The notes beneath the pieces were generated by a model. It searched no databases, was not told the DNA's origin, and saw only the letters and a list, made by a program, of their open reading frames with translations. Below, piece by piece: positions 27,725 through 37,338 of a DNA stretch of 64,000 nucleotides. Location of the stretch: contig OZ241892.1 in assembly GCA_965203485.1 (NCBI GenBank), positions 608,001 through 672,000 on the forward strand, in the 5' to 3' direction. Each line of letters opens with the position of its first letter. Positions within the stretch are counted from its first letter, which is position 1. The position numbers were made by a program, and so were the translations under genes. Source of the DNA: Longimicrobiales bacterium (GTDB lineage Bacteria; Gemmatimonadota; Gemmatimonadetes; Longimicrobiales; Gaopeijiaceae).

Positions 27725-29630
27725 CGCGGTAGAGTCCCTGGGGGCGGTCGGTGTCGCTCCGGACCGACTCTGCAGGCGCGATCGCATAGTACTTCTGGCC
27801 GGCGCCGCGGACCTCCGAGAATCCGTGGTCGGGATAGAAGGTGCGGGTCATGCCGTTCTTGGCGGTGGGGACGCGGATCGCCCGCACAAGCCGCACGCCG
27901 CTTCGCCCGGCATCGTCGAGCACCGTCCGCAGCAGTTCGCTCTCGATCTTGCGGCCGAACGCCCTGCAACTCATCAGGAACGAATCGATTTCCCATTCGT
28001 CGCTAGCGCCGTGACCGTGCCCACGCGCCAGTCCGCCCACGACATGGTCGTCCGCGCCTGCCCCGCCACTGTCGGCGGGCGTCGCCGTGCCGGCCGGCGC
28101 CGCGACGGCCACGCCCACGATGCCGTAGTCGGAGAAGCGGTCCTTCATGCTCATCGTGTAGACGACGCCGGCCTCCATGAGGCGCTCGACGTCGCTGACC
28201 GCGTACCGCTTGGCCGTGAGGTTGAACTGGTTCGTTCGTTGCGCGAGCTGGCTGACGCGGCGAACCGCGCCTCGGTCCTGGCGGCTGATGACGAGTTCGA
28301 TTTCGAGGTTGCGGATGAAGGAGTCGATGTCCGGGGCCGCCCTGCGCAACTCCTCGCGCTCGGCATTCGCGCGAACGGACGCAGTACGCTTTAGGTCGTC
28401 CTCCGTGACGTGCAGCCGCGCCATTCCCCGCAGCGACGTCATGAACGCCGGGATCGCCAAGGGATCCGAAGGGAACTGCTCGACTTGCACCTCGGGAAAG
28501 GCTGTTCGCACTCGTTCGCACTCGACCGGACTGTCGTCGACGAAGATCAGAGAATCGAGGCCGATGTTGAGTTCGCCGGCGATCTCCCTGATGTTCGACG
28601 CCTTGTCGTTCCAGTTGATGCGACGAGTCGCAAAGTCGCCCGCCCGCAAGGCCATGTTCGGCGACTGGGCCATGAACGCCAGCACGTCGGTCTCGTTGTT
28701 CTTGCTGTTCATCGCAAGCAGGAACCCGCGCCGTTCCATGCCCTTGAGGAACAGCTGAAACTCCCGGTAGACGCTTCCCGGGTATTCGGCGCCGACGGCA
28801 ACTCGGTCCGGCCCGTCCTCGCCCAGAACGCCGCCCCAAAGCGTGTTGTCGCAATCCACCACGATGCACTTCTTGGGAGGGAAGGCGGCGGTGGCCACAA
28901 TGTCCGCAAGGGCGTCGCCGAGGCGGGGAAGGAAGTCGGCCGCAAAGGGACTTCGCGCGAGAAAGGCCATGCGCAGGTCGTACGCTCGCGACCTGCCGTG
29001 CTCGCCCACGATGCGGTCCATGTCCAGAATCGCCACTCCCGGCATCGAAGACAGGCGTTGGACGAGCGCCAGGTTCAACGCTCGTCTGCGCTGATGCCAG
29101 CTGCGGGGGTCCTGGTCCCCGTGAAGCGCGTGCGCCTCGATGGGACCGGGCGGCAGATTGGCGACGACGACGCGGGCGCTGGAGCGGTTCCTCAAGTCCG
29201 CGGCGATCGCTTCAATGCGGGCCAGGAGCGCTTCCGTGATGTCGTCGGGAGGGTCGTGGCGCGCGTCGCCGGCCAGCTCGACCGGATCGAAGTACAGGAA
29301 GAAGCATTCCGGATCGGGCTTGCCCAGCAGGGTCGGGTCGGTCGCGTACTGCTCGTAGGCCGAGTAGTCGCCGACCCGGAACGAAGCCTTGACGCCCCGC
29401 TGGAGAAGAGCCGTGAAGAGCACGGGCAACCACGGCTCCACCGTCCCGTTGCGGAGGATTGCAATCCGCTGGGAGACGAACCCTCGCACCGCATCGGGCG
29501 CTTCGGCGCTCCGCCGGTACGCCTCGACGCTGCGCGCGTACGACGGTCGTTCGCCGCACTCGCGGGCCACTTCGCGAAGGTAGGCGGTCCAATCGGCGGG
29601 CCGCGCATGATGCGAGGCTGCCGAGCTCAT
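27654..29630 (-). CDS. fkbH: FkbH-family HAD-IIIC phosphatase/glyceryl-ACP transferase
   Basis: KCIVVDCDNTLWGGVLGEDG, SKNN, INWNDK, FVDDSPVE, RTNQFNLT, DRFSDYG, FLMSCR. Confidence 0.93.
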   Translation of the reverse strand: MSSAASHHARPADWTAYLREVARECGERPSYARSVEAYRRSAEAPDAVRGFVSQRIAILRNGTVEPWLPVLFTALLQRGVKASFRVGDYSAYEQYATDPTLLGKPDPECFFLYFDPVELAGDARHDPPDDITEALLARIEAIAADLRNRSSARVVVANLPPGPIEAHALHGDQDPRSWHQRRRALNLALVQRLSSMPGVAILDMDRIVGEHGRSRAYDLRMAFLARSPFAADFLPRLGDALADIVATAAFPPKKCIVVDCDNTLWGGVLGEDGPDRVAVGAEYPGSVYREFQLFLKGMERRGFLLAMNSKNNETDVLAFMAQSPNMALRAGDFATRRINWNDKASNIREIAGELNIGLDSLIFVDDSPVECERVRTAFPEVQVEQFPSDPLAIPAFMTSLRGMARLHVTEDDLKRTASVRANAEREELRRAAPDIDSFIRNLEIELVISRQDRGAVRRVSQLAQRTNQFNLTAKRYAVSDVERLMEAGVVYTMSMKDRFSDYGIVGVAVAAPAGTATPADSGGAGADDHVVGGLARGHGHGASDEWEIDSFLMSCRAFGRKIESELLRTVLDDAGRSGVRLVRAIRVPTAKNGMTRTFYPDHGFSEVRGAGQKYYAIAPAESVRSDTDRPQGLYRVTLCGFAARTPPRSPEPRPARTR

Positions 29631-29968
29631 GGGCGGGTTTCCGTCGGAGCGCCGCCGCGGATAGTCGGCCGGGGCCGTTCGGGGTGGTTCGAGAACGAGA
29701 CGGAACATGCATGGGCTCGCCTCGCGGCCGGCGTCGCGAGGGCGCCGTGGGACTGGGGATGCCGCGCCGGCGCGCCACGGGCCGGCGCACCTCGTTGCCA
29801 TGCCGAATCCATGATGCGGAATCCTACGTAGTCTGCGATTCGGCCGTCAATCCGCGTCCGGCCGCCAAGCACGGCAACACGGCGCTTCTGGCCGAATCGG
29901 GGTCGGCCCGGTAATCTCAAGATGCGGCGCCCCGCCGCCGACAATTCCATAATGTCCGGAGACCAACG

Positions 29969-32845
29969 ATGATCCGCGATCAAGCCACGTCGCGCGCCGT
30001 TCGCGAGAACCGCTGCTTTCGCGCGGCCTTTGCCGCGGCCGGCCTTTCCCTGCCCATTGTCCTGGCGGCCTGCGCTCCCGACGGCTACTCCGGCGACGCC
30101 GGACTGTCCATCGACTTCGAACGCTACGAATTGGCGAACGGCCTCGAGGTCGTTCTCCACGTCGATCGCTCCGACCCCGTCGCGGCCGTGGCCATGACGT
30201 TCCACGTCGGTTCGGCTCGAGAAGTCGAGGGGCGCACGGGCTTCGCGCACCTGTTCGAGCACCTCTTCTTCCTCAACTCCGAAAATCTCGGGGCGGGCGG
30301 GCTCGATCGTCTCATGACGCGCATCGGCAGCTCGACCAACGGCTCGACCAGCCGCGACCGCACGAACTACTTCGAAGTGGTGCCGACCGACGGTCTGGAG
30401 AAGGCCCTGTGGGCGGAGTCCGACAAGCTGGGCTTCTTCATCAACACGGTCACCGAATCCGTCGTGGCCAAGGAGAAGCAGGTCGTCAAGAACGAAAAGC
30501 GGCAAAGCGTGGACAACCGGCCCTACGGGCACACCAGCTTCGTCGTCGACCGCGCGCTGTATCCCGAAGGCCATCCTTACCGCTGGCAAGTGATCGGCTC
30601 GCTGGAGGACCTGGACGCGGCTTCGCTGGAGGACGTCAAGGAGTTTCACGCGCGCTGGTACGGCCCCAACAACGCGACGCTCGTCGTCGCCGGCGACATG
30701 GACGTGGCGCTGACCAAGCAGTGGATCGACAAGTACTTCGGCGAGATCCCGGCCCGCGAGATCCCGGCCCGCGCCGATCCTCCCGAAGTGCGGCTGGCGG
30801 CCACCAAGCGGTTGATGCACGAGGACAACTTCGCCCGGTTGCCCCGCCTCACGCTGTCGTGGCCGGCTCCGGCGCGCTATCACCCGGACACGTACGCGCT
30901 GCGGGTCCTCGGGTCGTTGCTGGCGGACGGGAAGTCCACGCCGCTCTACGAGGTGCTCGTGGAGGAGGAGGAAGTTGCGCCGGGCGTCTCGGCGTTCAGC
31001 TCCGGAAGCGAACTCGCGGGGACGTTTCAGGTGTCGGTGGGCGCGTTCGCGGGCGTCGATCTCGACCGCGTCCACGAAGCCGTGGAGGCGGCCTTCGCGC
31101 GCTTCGAGGAGGAGGGCGTGTCCGAGACGGAGCTGAGGCGCGTCAAGGCGGGCACGGAAACGGCCTTCTACCGCGGGCTGTCCAGCGTTCTCGGCAAGGC
31201 GTTCCAGCTCGCCGACTACGCGATCTTCGCGGGCGATCCGGGGTTCGTGTCCGAGGACTTGCGGCGCACGCTGGCCGTCGACGCGGACGACGTGACGAGA
31301 GTCTACGAGACGTACTTGGCCGGCAGGCCCTACGTGGCCACGAGCTTCGTGCCGCGGGGCGAAGCCGAACTGGCCCTGGAGGAGTCGGAGCGGGCCGAGG
31401 TGGTCGAGGAGCCGATCGTGCAGGGCGCGGAGGCCGAATTCACCGCCGTCTGGGGCGACGAGCGCTCGCCGGCGGGAGCGTTCGACCGCTCGGTGGAACC
31501 GCCGTTCGGAGCTTCGCCGAGCTTGGCGGCCCCCGCGGTCTGGACGGAAACGCTGGAGAACGGCCTGCGCTTGGCCGGCGTGGAGGATCGCGAGCTTCCG
31601 CTCGTCACCTTCGAGTTCCACTTCCGCGGCGGCATGCTGCTGGACGAGCCGGGACGCGGCGGCGTGGCGAACTTGGTGGCGGCAACGATGCTGGAAGGGA
31701 CGGCCCGCCGCGCGCCCGAGGAGCTGGAAGAGGCGATCGACCTGCTGGGCGCGTCGATCACGGCGTCGGCCGGGGCCCGGTCGCTCACCGTGTCGGGCAG
31801 CGTGCTAAGCCGAAACTACGCCGAGGCGATCGCGCTGGTGGAGGAAATTCTGCTGGAGCCCCGCTTCGACGGGGACCGCTTCGCCCTGGCGCAGCAGCGC
31901 GTCGCGAACCAGCTGCAGCGCTCCGAGGCGATTCCGGGCGCGGTGGCGTCCACGGCGTTCAACCGGCTCGTGTACGGCGACCACGTCATGGCCGAGAACC
32001 CGGACGGCACAGTCGAGTCCGTAGAGGCGGCGACGCTGGACGACTTGCGGGCGTACCGCGAGCGGGCGCTGGCGCCGGGCGCGGCCGCGTTCCACGTCGC
32101 GGGCGCGGTATCGCAGGAGGAGGCGGCCACGGCGCTGGCTGGGCTGGCGGCGCGATGGACCGCTGAAGCCGCGCCGGAGCTTCCCGAGGCGCCCCGGTGG
32201 TCGCCGGAGCGGGCCGGACTCTACTTCGTGGACGTGCCGGGCGCCGCCCAGTCCGTTCTGTTCGCCGGCCGTCTCGCGCTGGCCCAGACCGACCCGGAGT
32301 ACTATCCGGCCACCGTGATGAACTTTCGGCTGGGCGGCGGCGGCTTCGCCTCGGACTTGACGCAGGTTCTTCGCGAGAGCAAGGGCTACACCTACGGCAT
32401 CGGCTCCGCGTTCCGGGGAAGCGACTGGCCGGGGCCGTTCTCGATCTCGTCGTCGGTGCGCTCCAACGTGACGCTGGAGTCGCTGGAGTTGGTCAAGGAC
32501 ATCGTGGAGCGCCACGGTCCCGAGTTCGACGAGAGCGACTTGGAGGCGACCCGGGGGTTTCTGCTACGCGCCAACGCCCGCGCCTTCGAGACGTTGGGGG
32601 CCAAGCTGGGCGTCGTGCGCGCGGTCAGCCTCTACGGCTTCGAGCCGGACTACGTGCTGGAGCGCGAGAACGTGGTGCGCGGGATGACCGTGGAGCGCGT
32701 GCGCGAGCTGGCCGGACGGCACCTGGACACGGAGGGCATGATCTGGCTGGTCGTGGGCGACGCCGCGACGCAGAAGGACCGGTTGCGCGCGCTGGGCCTG
32801 GGCGAGCCCGTGATGCTCGACAGGACTGGACGGCCCATCGGCTGA
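29969..32845 (+). CDS. M16 (pitrilysin-family) zinc peptidase, exported
   Basis: GFAHLFEH (HxxEH), NEKRQ, two-half architecture, LRESKGYTYG. GGAGA RBS. Confidence 0.93.
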   Translation: MIRDQATSRAVRENRCFRAAFAAAGLSLPIVLAACAPDGYSGDAGLSIDFERYELANGLEVVLHVDRSDPVAAVAMTFHVGSAREVEGRTGFAHLFEHLFFLNSENLGAGGLDRLMTRIGSSTNGSTSRDRTNYFEVVPTDGLEKALWAESDKLGFFINTVTESVVAKEKQVVKNEKRQSVDNRPYGHTSFVVDRALYPEGHPYRWQVIGSLEDLDAASLEDVKEFHARWYGPNNATLVVAGDMDVALTKQWIDKYFGEIPAREIPARADPPEVRLAATKRLMHEDNFARLPRLTLSWPAPARYHPDTYALRVLGSLLADGKSTPLYEVLVEEEEVAPGVSAFSSGSELAGTFQVSVGAFAGVDLDRVHEAVEAAFARFEEEGVSETELRRVKAGTETAFYRGLSSVLGKAFQLADYAIFAGDPGFVSEDLRRTLAVDADDVTRVYETYLAGRPYVATSFVPRGEAELALEESERAEVVEEPIVQGAEAEFTAVWGDERSPAGAFDRSVEPPFGASPSLAAPAVWTETLENGLRLAGVEDRELPLVTFEFHFRGGMLLDEPGRGGVANLVAATMLEGTARRAPEELEEAIDLLGASITASAGARSLTVSGSVLSRNYAEAIALVEEILLEPRFDGDRFALAQQRVANQLQRSEAIPGAVASTAFNRLVYGDHVMAENPDGTVESVEAATLDDLRAYRERALAPGAAAFHVAGAVSQEEAATALAGLAARWTAEAAPELPEAPRWSPERAGLYFVDVPGAAQSVLFAGRLALAQTDPEYYPATVMNFRLGGGGFASDLTQVLRESKGYTYGIGSAFRGSDWPGPFSISSSVRSNVTLESLELVKDIVERHGPEFDESDLEATRGFLLRANARAFETLGAKLGVVRAVSLYGFEPDYVLERENVVRGMTVERVRELAGRHLDTEGMIWLVVGDAATQKDRLRALGLGEPVMLDRTGRPIG

Positions 32846-32886
32846 CGCCGTAGTCCTTCGCGGCGAGCCGCCGCCGGGCCGCCGGG

Positions 32887-34608
32887 TCAACGCTCGCGGG
32901 AGAGCGCCCTCCCCGGCAACGCATGGAGGATCGCGCCGTCCTCGATCACGAACTCGCCGCCGACCAGGACGTGATCGATGCCTGCCGCGTGCTGGTGCGG
33001 CTCGAAGACGGTCGCCCGGTCCGCCAGGGTCTCCAAGTCGAAGACGACCAGGTCGGCCCAAGCCCCTTCGCGGACGATGCCGCGGTCCTTCAGGCCCATG
33101 ATCCGGGCGGGAAGCGAGGTCTGCGAGCGGACGGCGGCCTCGAGGGACAGGGCGCCCGCCGTCAGCGCGTACTGGCGGATCTTGCGTGGGAACGTGCCGT
33201 AGAAGCGCGGGTGCACGGGGCCGTCGGGGGGATGGGCGATGCCGCCGTCCGACGCGGTCGCCACCCACGGCTGGGCGGCGTAGTTCTCGACGTCCGCTTC
33301 GGCCATGGAGAAGCCCCGCAGACGGCCGCCGCCCCGCTGTTCCTGATCGCCCTCTAGCTGGAGGTCGATGGCCGTCTGCACCGGGCTTGCGCCTCGCTCG
33401 CGGGCCACTTCGGCGAGCGACTTGCCGACGAGGCTCCGATCCGGATAGTCCATCACCATGATGCGGTCCGCGCCACCGCGGCGGCTGATCTCGTGCGCGG
33501 CGTCCTGGCGAATCCTCTCTTCGGCTCCTTCGCGAGCCAGCGCCAGCCGGAACACTTCGCCCGGAGGACGGGCGTCGCCGGGATTGCTGGCGTCGGGGTC
33601 GCGGAGGGCCCAGCGGGGCAACAGCACCGTCCGTCCGTCCGTGCCGCTGGTCGCGTAGGGGTATTGATCCGCCCAGACCCGGACGCCCTCGTCGCGGGCC
33701 CGCTGGATGAGCTGGATGGCGGACCCGCTCGACCCCCAGTAGTGCGAGCCCTTGGCCTTGATGTGCGTGGCCACTACCCGAATGCCCGTGCGTCGGCCGA
33801 TTTCGATCGTCTCCAGCACGGCGTCCTGCAACGTGGGCGGGCCCGGCGGGTCGCGGCTGGGCCAGAACCACATCGGATCGGAGCCCTCCGCGCGCTGGTG
33901 CGAGATGTAGACGCCGTCCCATGGGGCCAGCTCGGCGGCGAGCGCGGCCACCTCGTCCGTGTCGCTCCACCGTCCGGGCGTGTACTCGAGCCCCGCCGAC
34001 ATCCCGACCGCGCCCTCTTCCATGGCCTGGCGGACCAGGGCGCGCATCCGCTCGACTTCCGCATCGGTCGCGGTCCGTCGGAAGTCGTCCTCCATGACCA
34101 AGCCCCGCACCGTGCCGTGGCCGACCAGCAGCATCACGTTCGGCCCCACCCCCTGCGCCTCCAGCAGCGCGCGTTGCTCGGCGATGGGCCACGGCGAGCG
34201 ACCGTCTTGGTTGACCACGATCGTCGTCACGCCCTGCGACACCACGTTCGGCGCGGCCTTGCGGTGCAGCGAGTCGGTTCGGATCGTGGCGCCGCCGATT
34301 TCGCGGTTGCCGTCGTCGGCATGCGAGTGGATGTCGATGAAGCCGGGCGACACGTAGCGGTCCCGGGCGTTGACGACGCGGCGGGCCGGGGTGTCGCCCA
34401 GCAAGCCGACGGCCACGATGCGCCCGTCGCGGACGCCTATGTCCGCGCGGAACCAGGGGTTGCCCGTCCCGTCGAGGACGCGCCCGCCCACGATGAGCAG
34501 GTCGTACGGTGCCCGGGACTGGGCGGCGAGCGACGGGAGCGTTGCCGAACCGGGCGTGGGCAGGGCAAGGGCCAGGGTCGCGACGACGGCGAGCCGGGAG
34601 CGGTGCAT
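32887..34608 (-). CDS. N-acyl-D-amino-acid deacylase-like amidohydrolase
   Basis: DGTGNPW, PGFIDIHSH, HPRFYGTFPR, ADLVVFD, signal peptide. Confidence 0.88.
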   Translation of the reverse strand: MHRSRLAVVATLALALPTPGSATLPSLAAQSRAPYDLLIVGGRVLDGTGNPWFRADIGVRDGRIVAVGLLGDTPARRVVNARDRYVSPGFIDIHSHADDGNREIGGATIRTDSLHRKAAPNVVSQGVTTIVVNQDGRSPWPIAEQRALLEAQGVGPNVMLLVGHGTVRGLVMEDDFRRTATDAEVERMRALVRQAMEEGAVGMSAGLEYTPGRWSDTDEVAALAAELAPWDGVYISHQRAEGSDPMWFWPSRDPPGPPTLQDAVLETIEIGRRTGIRVVATHIKAKGSHYWGSSGSAIQLIQRARDEGVRVWADQYPYATSGTDGRTVLLPRWALRDPDASNPGDARPPGEVFRLALAREGAEERIRQDAAHEISRRGGADRIMVMDYPDRSLVGKSLAEVARERGASPVQTAIDLQLEGDQEQRGGGRLRGFSMAEADVENYAAQPWVATASDGGIAHPPDGPVHPRFYGTFPRKIRQYALTAGALSLEAAVRSQTSLPARIMGLKDRGIVREGAWADLVVFDLETLADRATVFEPHQHAAGIDHVLVGGEFVIEDGAILHALPGRALSRER

Positions 34609-34615
34609 GGTGCGT

Positions 34616-35503
34616 CTACCAGACGATGGGCGACAGGCCGATTCCGGTCTCGTCGAGGCGCTGGATGAACCATGTGGTGTACACGCGCAGCTCGCCGGAC
34701 TTGGGTCGCAGGATGAAGTCCATGGAGTGTATGTCTTCGTGGTGCATTGCGCTCAGTGCCTCCGTGCCGCCGTGCAGAGGGGTCTCGTCGAGGAACACGG
34801 CGATGCCGCCCCTCCGTCCGCGCCTGAGTACGCACAGGTCGTACAAGAGCGCTCCGCCGGCTGCGTCGTAGGCGCACTCCACAATGGGTGCCCGGGCCTT
34901 GCGCTTGAGCACCGCCGCGGGGTTCGGATCCACCGCTTCGGCGAAGTCGGCAGCGGCAATCGTCACGAACCTGTAGGGCGTGCGCCGCCGACGGCTCGCG
35001 AGCAGGCGTTGCGACCGGGAACGCACCGTGAGTCCCTCGAGGGCGATCGGATCGGGCCGCAGGCGGATGTACAAGCCGTTGCCGTCGCTCACGTGCACCG
35101 TGTCGGCGGACGTGTGATAGCCGAGCTGTTCGACGACGATCTCCCAGGCCCCCCCGGGAAAGCGGGAGAAGGTGAAGCGCCCGTCCACGCCGACGAACGC
35201 GTAGCGCGAGAGCTCGGGGAACTTGACGACGGCGGCGACCAGGGGCCGTCCGTTCTCCGCATCCACGACTTCGCCGACGAGCGTAAACTGCGCTTGCGCG
35301 ACGGATGTGTCTGCGTGCTCCTGCGCGTGGGCCCCGGCGACGATGCAGCAAGCGGGCACGGCGGCCGCAACGGCAACCCGTGCGCGCGTCCGTGCCGCTC
35401 TCGTGTTCGTTTCCGCGCGTTGCGGCCGGCGCCGGACCCGCGGACGCGCCCCGCGTTGGATCGTCGCCGCCCGCGGATGCCGTCGCCGGACCCTTGTACG
35501 CAC
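34616..35503 (-). CDS. Exported protein with carboxypeptidase-regulatory-like (beta-sandwich) domain
   Basis: LVGEVVDAENGRPL...DGRFTF...LGY...LRPDPIALEGLTV. Start uncertain. Confidence 0.55.
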   Translation of the reverse strand: MRTRVRRRHPRAATIQRGARPRVRRRPQRAETNTRAARTRARVAVAAAVPACCIVAGAHAQEHADTSVAQAQFTLVGEVVDAENGRPLVAAVVKFPELSRYAFVGVDGRFTFSRFPGGAWEIVVEQLGYHTSADTVHVSDGNGLYIRLRPDPIALEGLTVRSRSQRLLASRRRRTPYRFVTIAAADFAEAVDPNPAAVLKRKARAPIVECAYDAAGGALLYDLCVLRRGRRGGIAVFLDETPLHGGTEALSAMHHEDIHSMDFILRPKSGELRVYTTWFIQRLDETGIGLSPIVW

Positions 35504-35511
35504 CGGCCTCG

Positions 35512-36414
35512 CTATTGCGATTCGCCCGCGCCCGCCGCGTTCGTGGCGGCCCTGATCTGGCGCACGGCCGCCTGCACGCGCAACTCCATGCCCCGGCGCC
35601 CGTACGCCGCCCTCGCTCGCGTGGGATCGCCGGAGACGCCGCTGTCCTCGAAGCCGCCGCCGGGGGCCAGCTGGTCCCGCCGCACATGTTCCGGCGCGAC
35701 GTAGAGCAGGAGCGACGTGTCGGTGATCCCCGCGTGGCGGCCGATCGCTTCCTCGCTCTCGCCCTGCTCGGCCAACCACTCGCGGTATCCGTTGGCGGCG
35801 TAGTAGTCGCCGACGAAGTGGGCGCGCGCGCCCACGCCGCCCCACTCCTCGTTGAGCATGGCCGCCACGGCCTCCATGCCGCGCTGGTTGCCGCCGCTGT
35901 CGCCGATGAAGGCGATGTCGGCGAATCCGTGCGCCCGGAGGCTCCTGGCCGCGTACTCCAGCAACTTCATGAAGTGCTCGTTGGGCAGGGTGATCGTGCC
36001 CGGATAGCGCATGTGGCCGGTCGGCGGATCGACGTCGCCTTCGGGCACGTACGTAACCACCGGCGCCACGAGGGCGTTGCCCAGCTCCTCGGCGATCCTC
36101 CGGGACGCCTCTTTCACGATGTACTTGTGCTTTCCCGTCACCATGTGCGGCCCGTTCTGCTCGGTGCCCGCCGTGGCGACGATCGCCGTGGTGGCGCCGC
36201 CCGCCACCGCGTCGCGCACCTCGGTCCACGTCATCTCCTCGATGAAGACGGTGGTTGGCCGTCCGCCTGGCTGAACGGCGTCCTGGGGTTGCGGTGCCTC
36301 TCCAGGAACGCATGCGGCCGCCGCCAGAGGCGCGAGCGCCGCGAGACGCGCCCGCGACGACGCCGAGGCCCTGCTTCGCGCGCACCGACGCCGGCCCCCA
36401 CGCGGTCCTCCCAA
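35512..36414 (-). CDS. Creatininase-family amidohydrolase (probable lipoprotein)
   Basis: EEMTWTEV, GTEQNGPH, GDSGGN, HAGITDTS, GVSGDP, with LAAAAC as a possible lipobox. Start uncertain. Confidence 0.82.
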   Translation of the reverse strand: MGGPRGGRRRCARSRASASSRARLAALAPLAAAACVPGEAPQPQDAVQPGGRPTTVFIEEMTWTEVRDAVAGGATTAIVATAGTEQNGPHMVTGKHKYIVKEASRRIAEELGNALVAPVVTYVPEGDVDPPTGHMRYPGTITLPNEHFMKLLEYAARSLRAHGFADIAFIGDSGGNQRGMEAVAAMLNEEWGGVGARAHFVGDYYAANGYREWLAEQGESEEAIGRHAGITDTSLLLYVAPEHVRRDQLAPGGGFEDSGVSGDPTRARAAYGRRGMELRVQAAVRQIRAATNAAGAGESQ

Positions 36415-36490
36415 GCCCTTGGCCTTGCCCCGTGGCGGCGTTCGTCGTCCGCCGTCGGCGGGCGCCTTCGCGGGTCGGTGCGCCACCGTG

Positions 36491-37312
36491 CTAGCGGGCG
36501 GCCGCCGCGAAGCAGTAGAAGAGCCCGGCGCCGCCCGTCCCCTCCAGGTTCTCCTGGCTGCATCCCCGCGACGAATGGGCCGAGTTCCACGACGTGGGGT
36601 TCTGGCCGCCGCCGGTGCGGTCGTGGTGGCCGACTCGCGCACTGCCTTCGCCGTTGCTGGTCCAGTTGGCGCAGTTGTCGTAGTCCTCGGCCACGAACGC
36701 GGTTCCGTCCATGTTGGAGCCGGTCAGGATGTCGTGCATGTTGGGCGTGTCGCCGCGCCCGTTCACCGGTTGGCCCGTCTCGGTGAGGATCGACGCTTTG
36801 GTCAGGTTCGCCGCGTCGGAATGCAACTCCTCCACCGAGTTCGCGATCAGGGTCCCGGCGGAGTTGTGCCACGGTCCTTCGCCGATGCGGTCGCGTGCGT
36901 GCACGCCGCCGCCCTCGTCGATCGTGCTCAGGTAGGACCGCCAGCCGAGCCCGCCGGCTCCTTGGGCGTCGGCCAGCGACTCGCAGTGTGCGTCCGCGCC
37001 TTCCAGCCCGCCCAAGTTCGCTCCGTCGCCGGGGCCCTCGCTGGTGATGAAGAAGGTCATCTGAATGCTCTGGGCGCGGACCGGCTCCGAGAACGCAAGC
37101 AACACGGCGCATGCGGTCGCGGCGGCCAAGACGGCCGGCGTCCGGCGCGTTCGTCCCGAGTGGGGGGCCGACGTCCAACCGAGGGCCCGCGCGAAGCCCG
37201 CGGCCGCCGCATTCTGGATGCCTCTCCTGCGATCAGCGGTTGCTCTGCGCGTCTCGCGACCGCCGTCTTCGCACGGGCGGCTGCTGTCGCAACGGCGCCT
37301 GTTCGTTCTCAT
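36491..37312 (-). CDS. Exported lectin-like protein (endostatin/C-type-lectin-like fold)
   Basis: FFITS...NLGGLEGADAHC, ARDRIGEGPW, HDILTGS, CANWTS, LFYCFA. GGAG upstream of ATG. Confidence 0.72.
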   Translation of the reverse strand: MRTNRRRCDSSRPCEDGGRETRRATADRRRGIQNAAAAGFARALGWTSAPHSGRTRRTPAVLAAATACAVLLAFSEPVRAQSIQMTFFITSEGPGDGANLGGLEGADAHCESLADAQGAGGLGWRSYLSTIDEGGGVHARDRIGEGPWHNSAGTLIANSVEELHSDAANLTKASILTETGQPVNGRGDTPNMHDILTGSNMDGTAFVAEDYDNCANWTSNGEGSARVGHHDRTGGGQNPTSWNSAHSSRGCSQENLEGTGGAGLFYCFAAAAR

Positions 37313-37338
37313 GCTCTCTCCTCCCGATCTGGCTTGTT

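Noticed and set aside
21601..29630. PKS/NRPS secondary-metabolite cluster
   Set aside because: PPTase, ACP and FkbH are present, but there is no ketosynthase, condensation or adenylation domain, and the neighbours are envelope-glycan genes.
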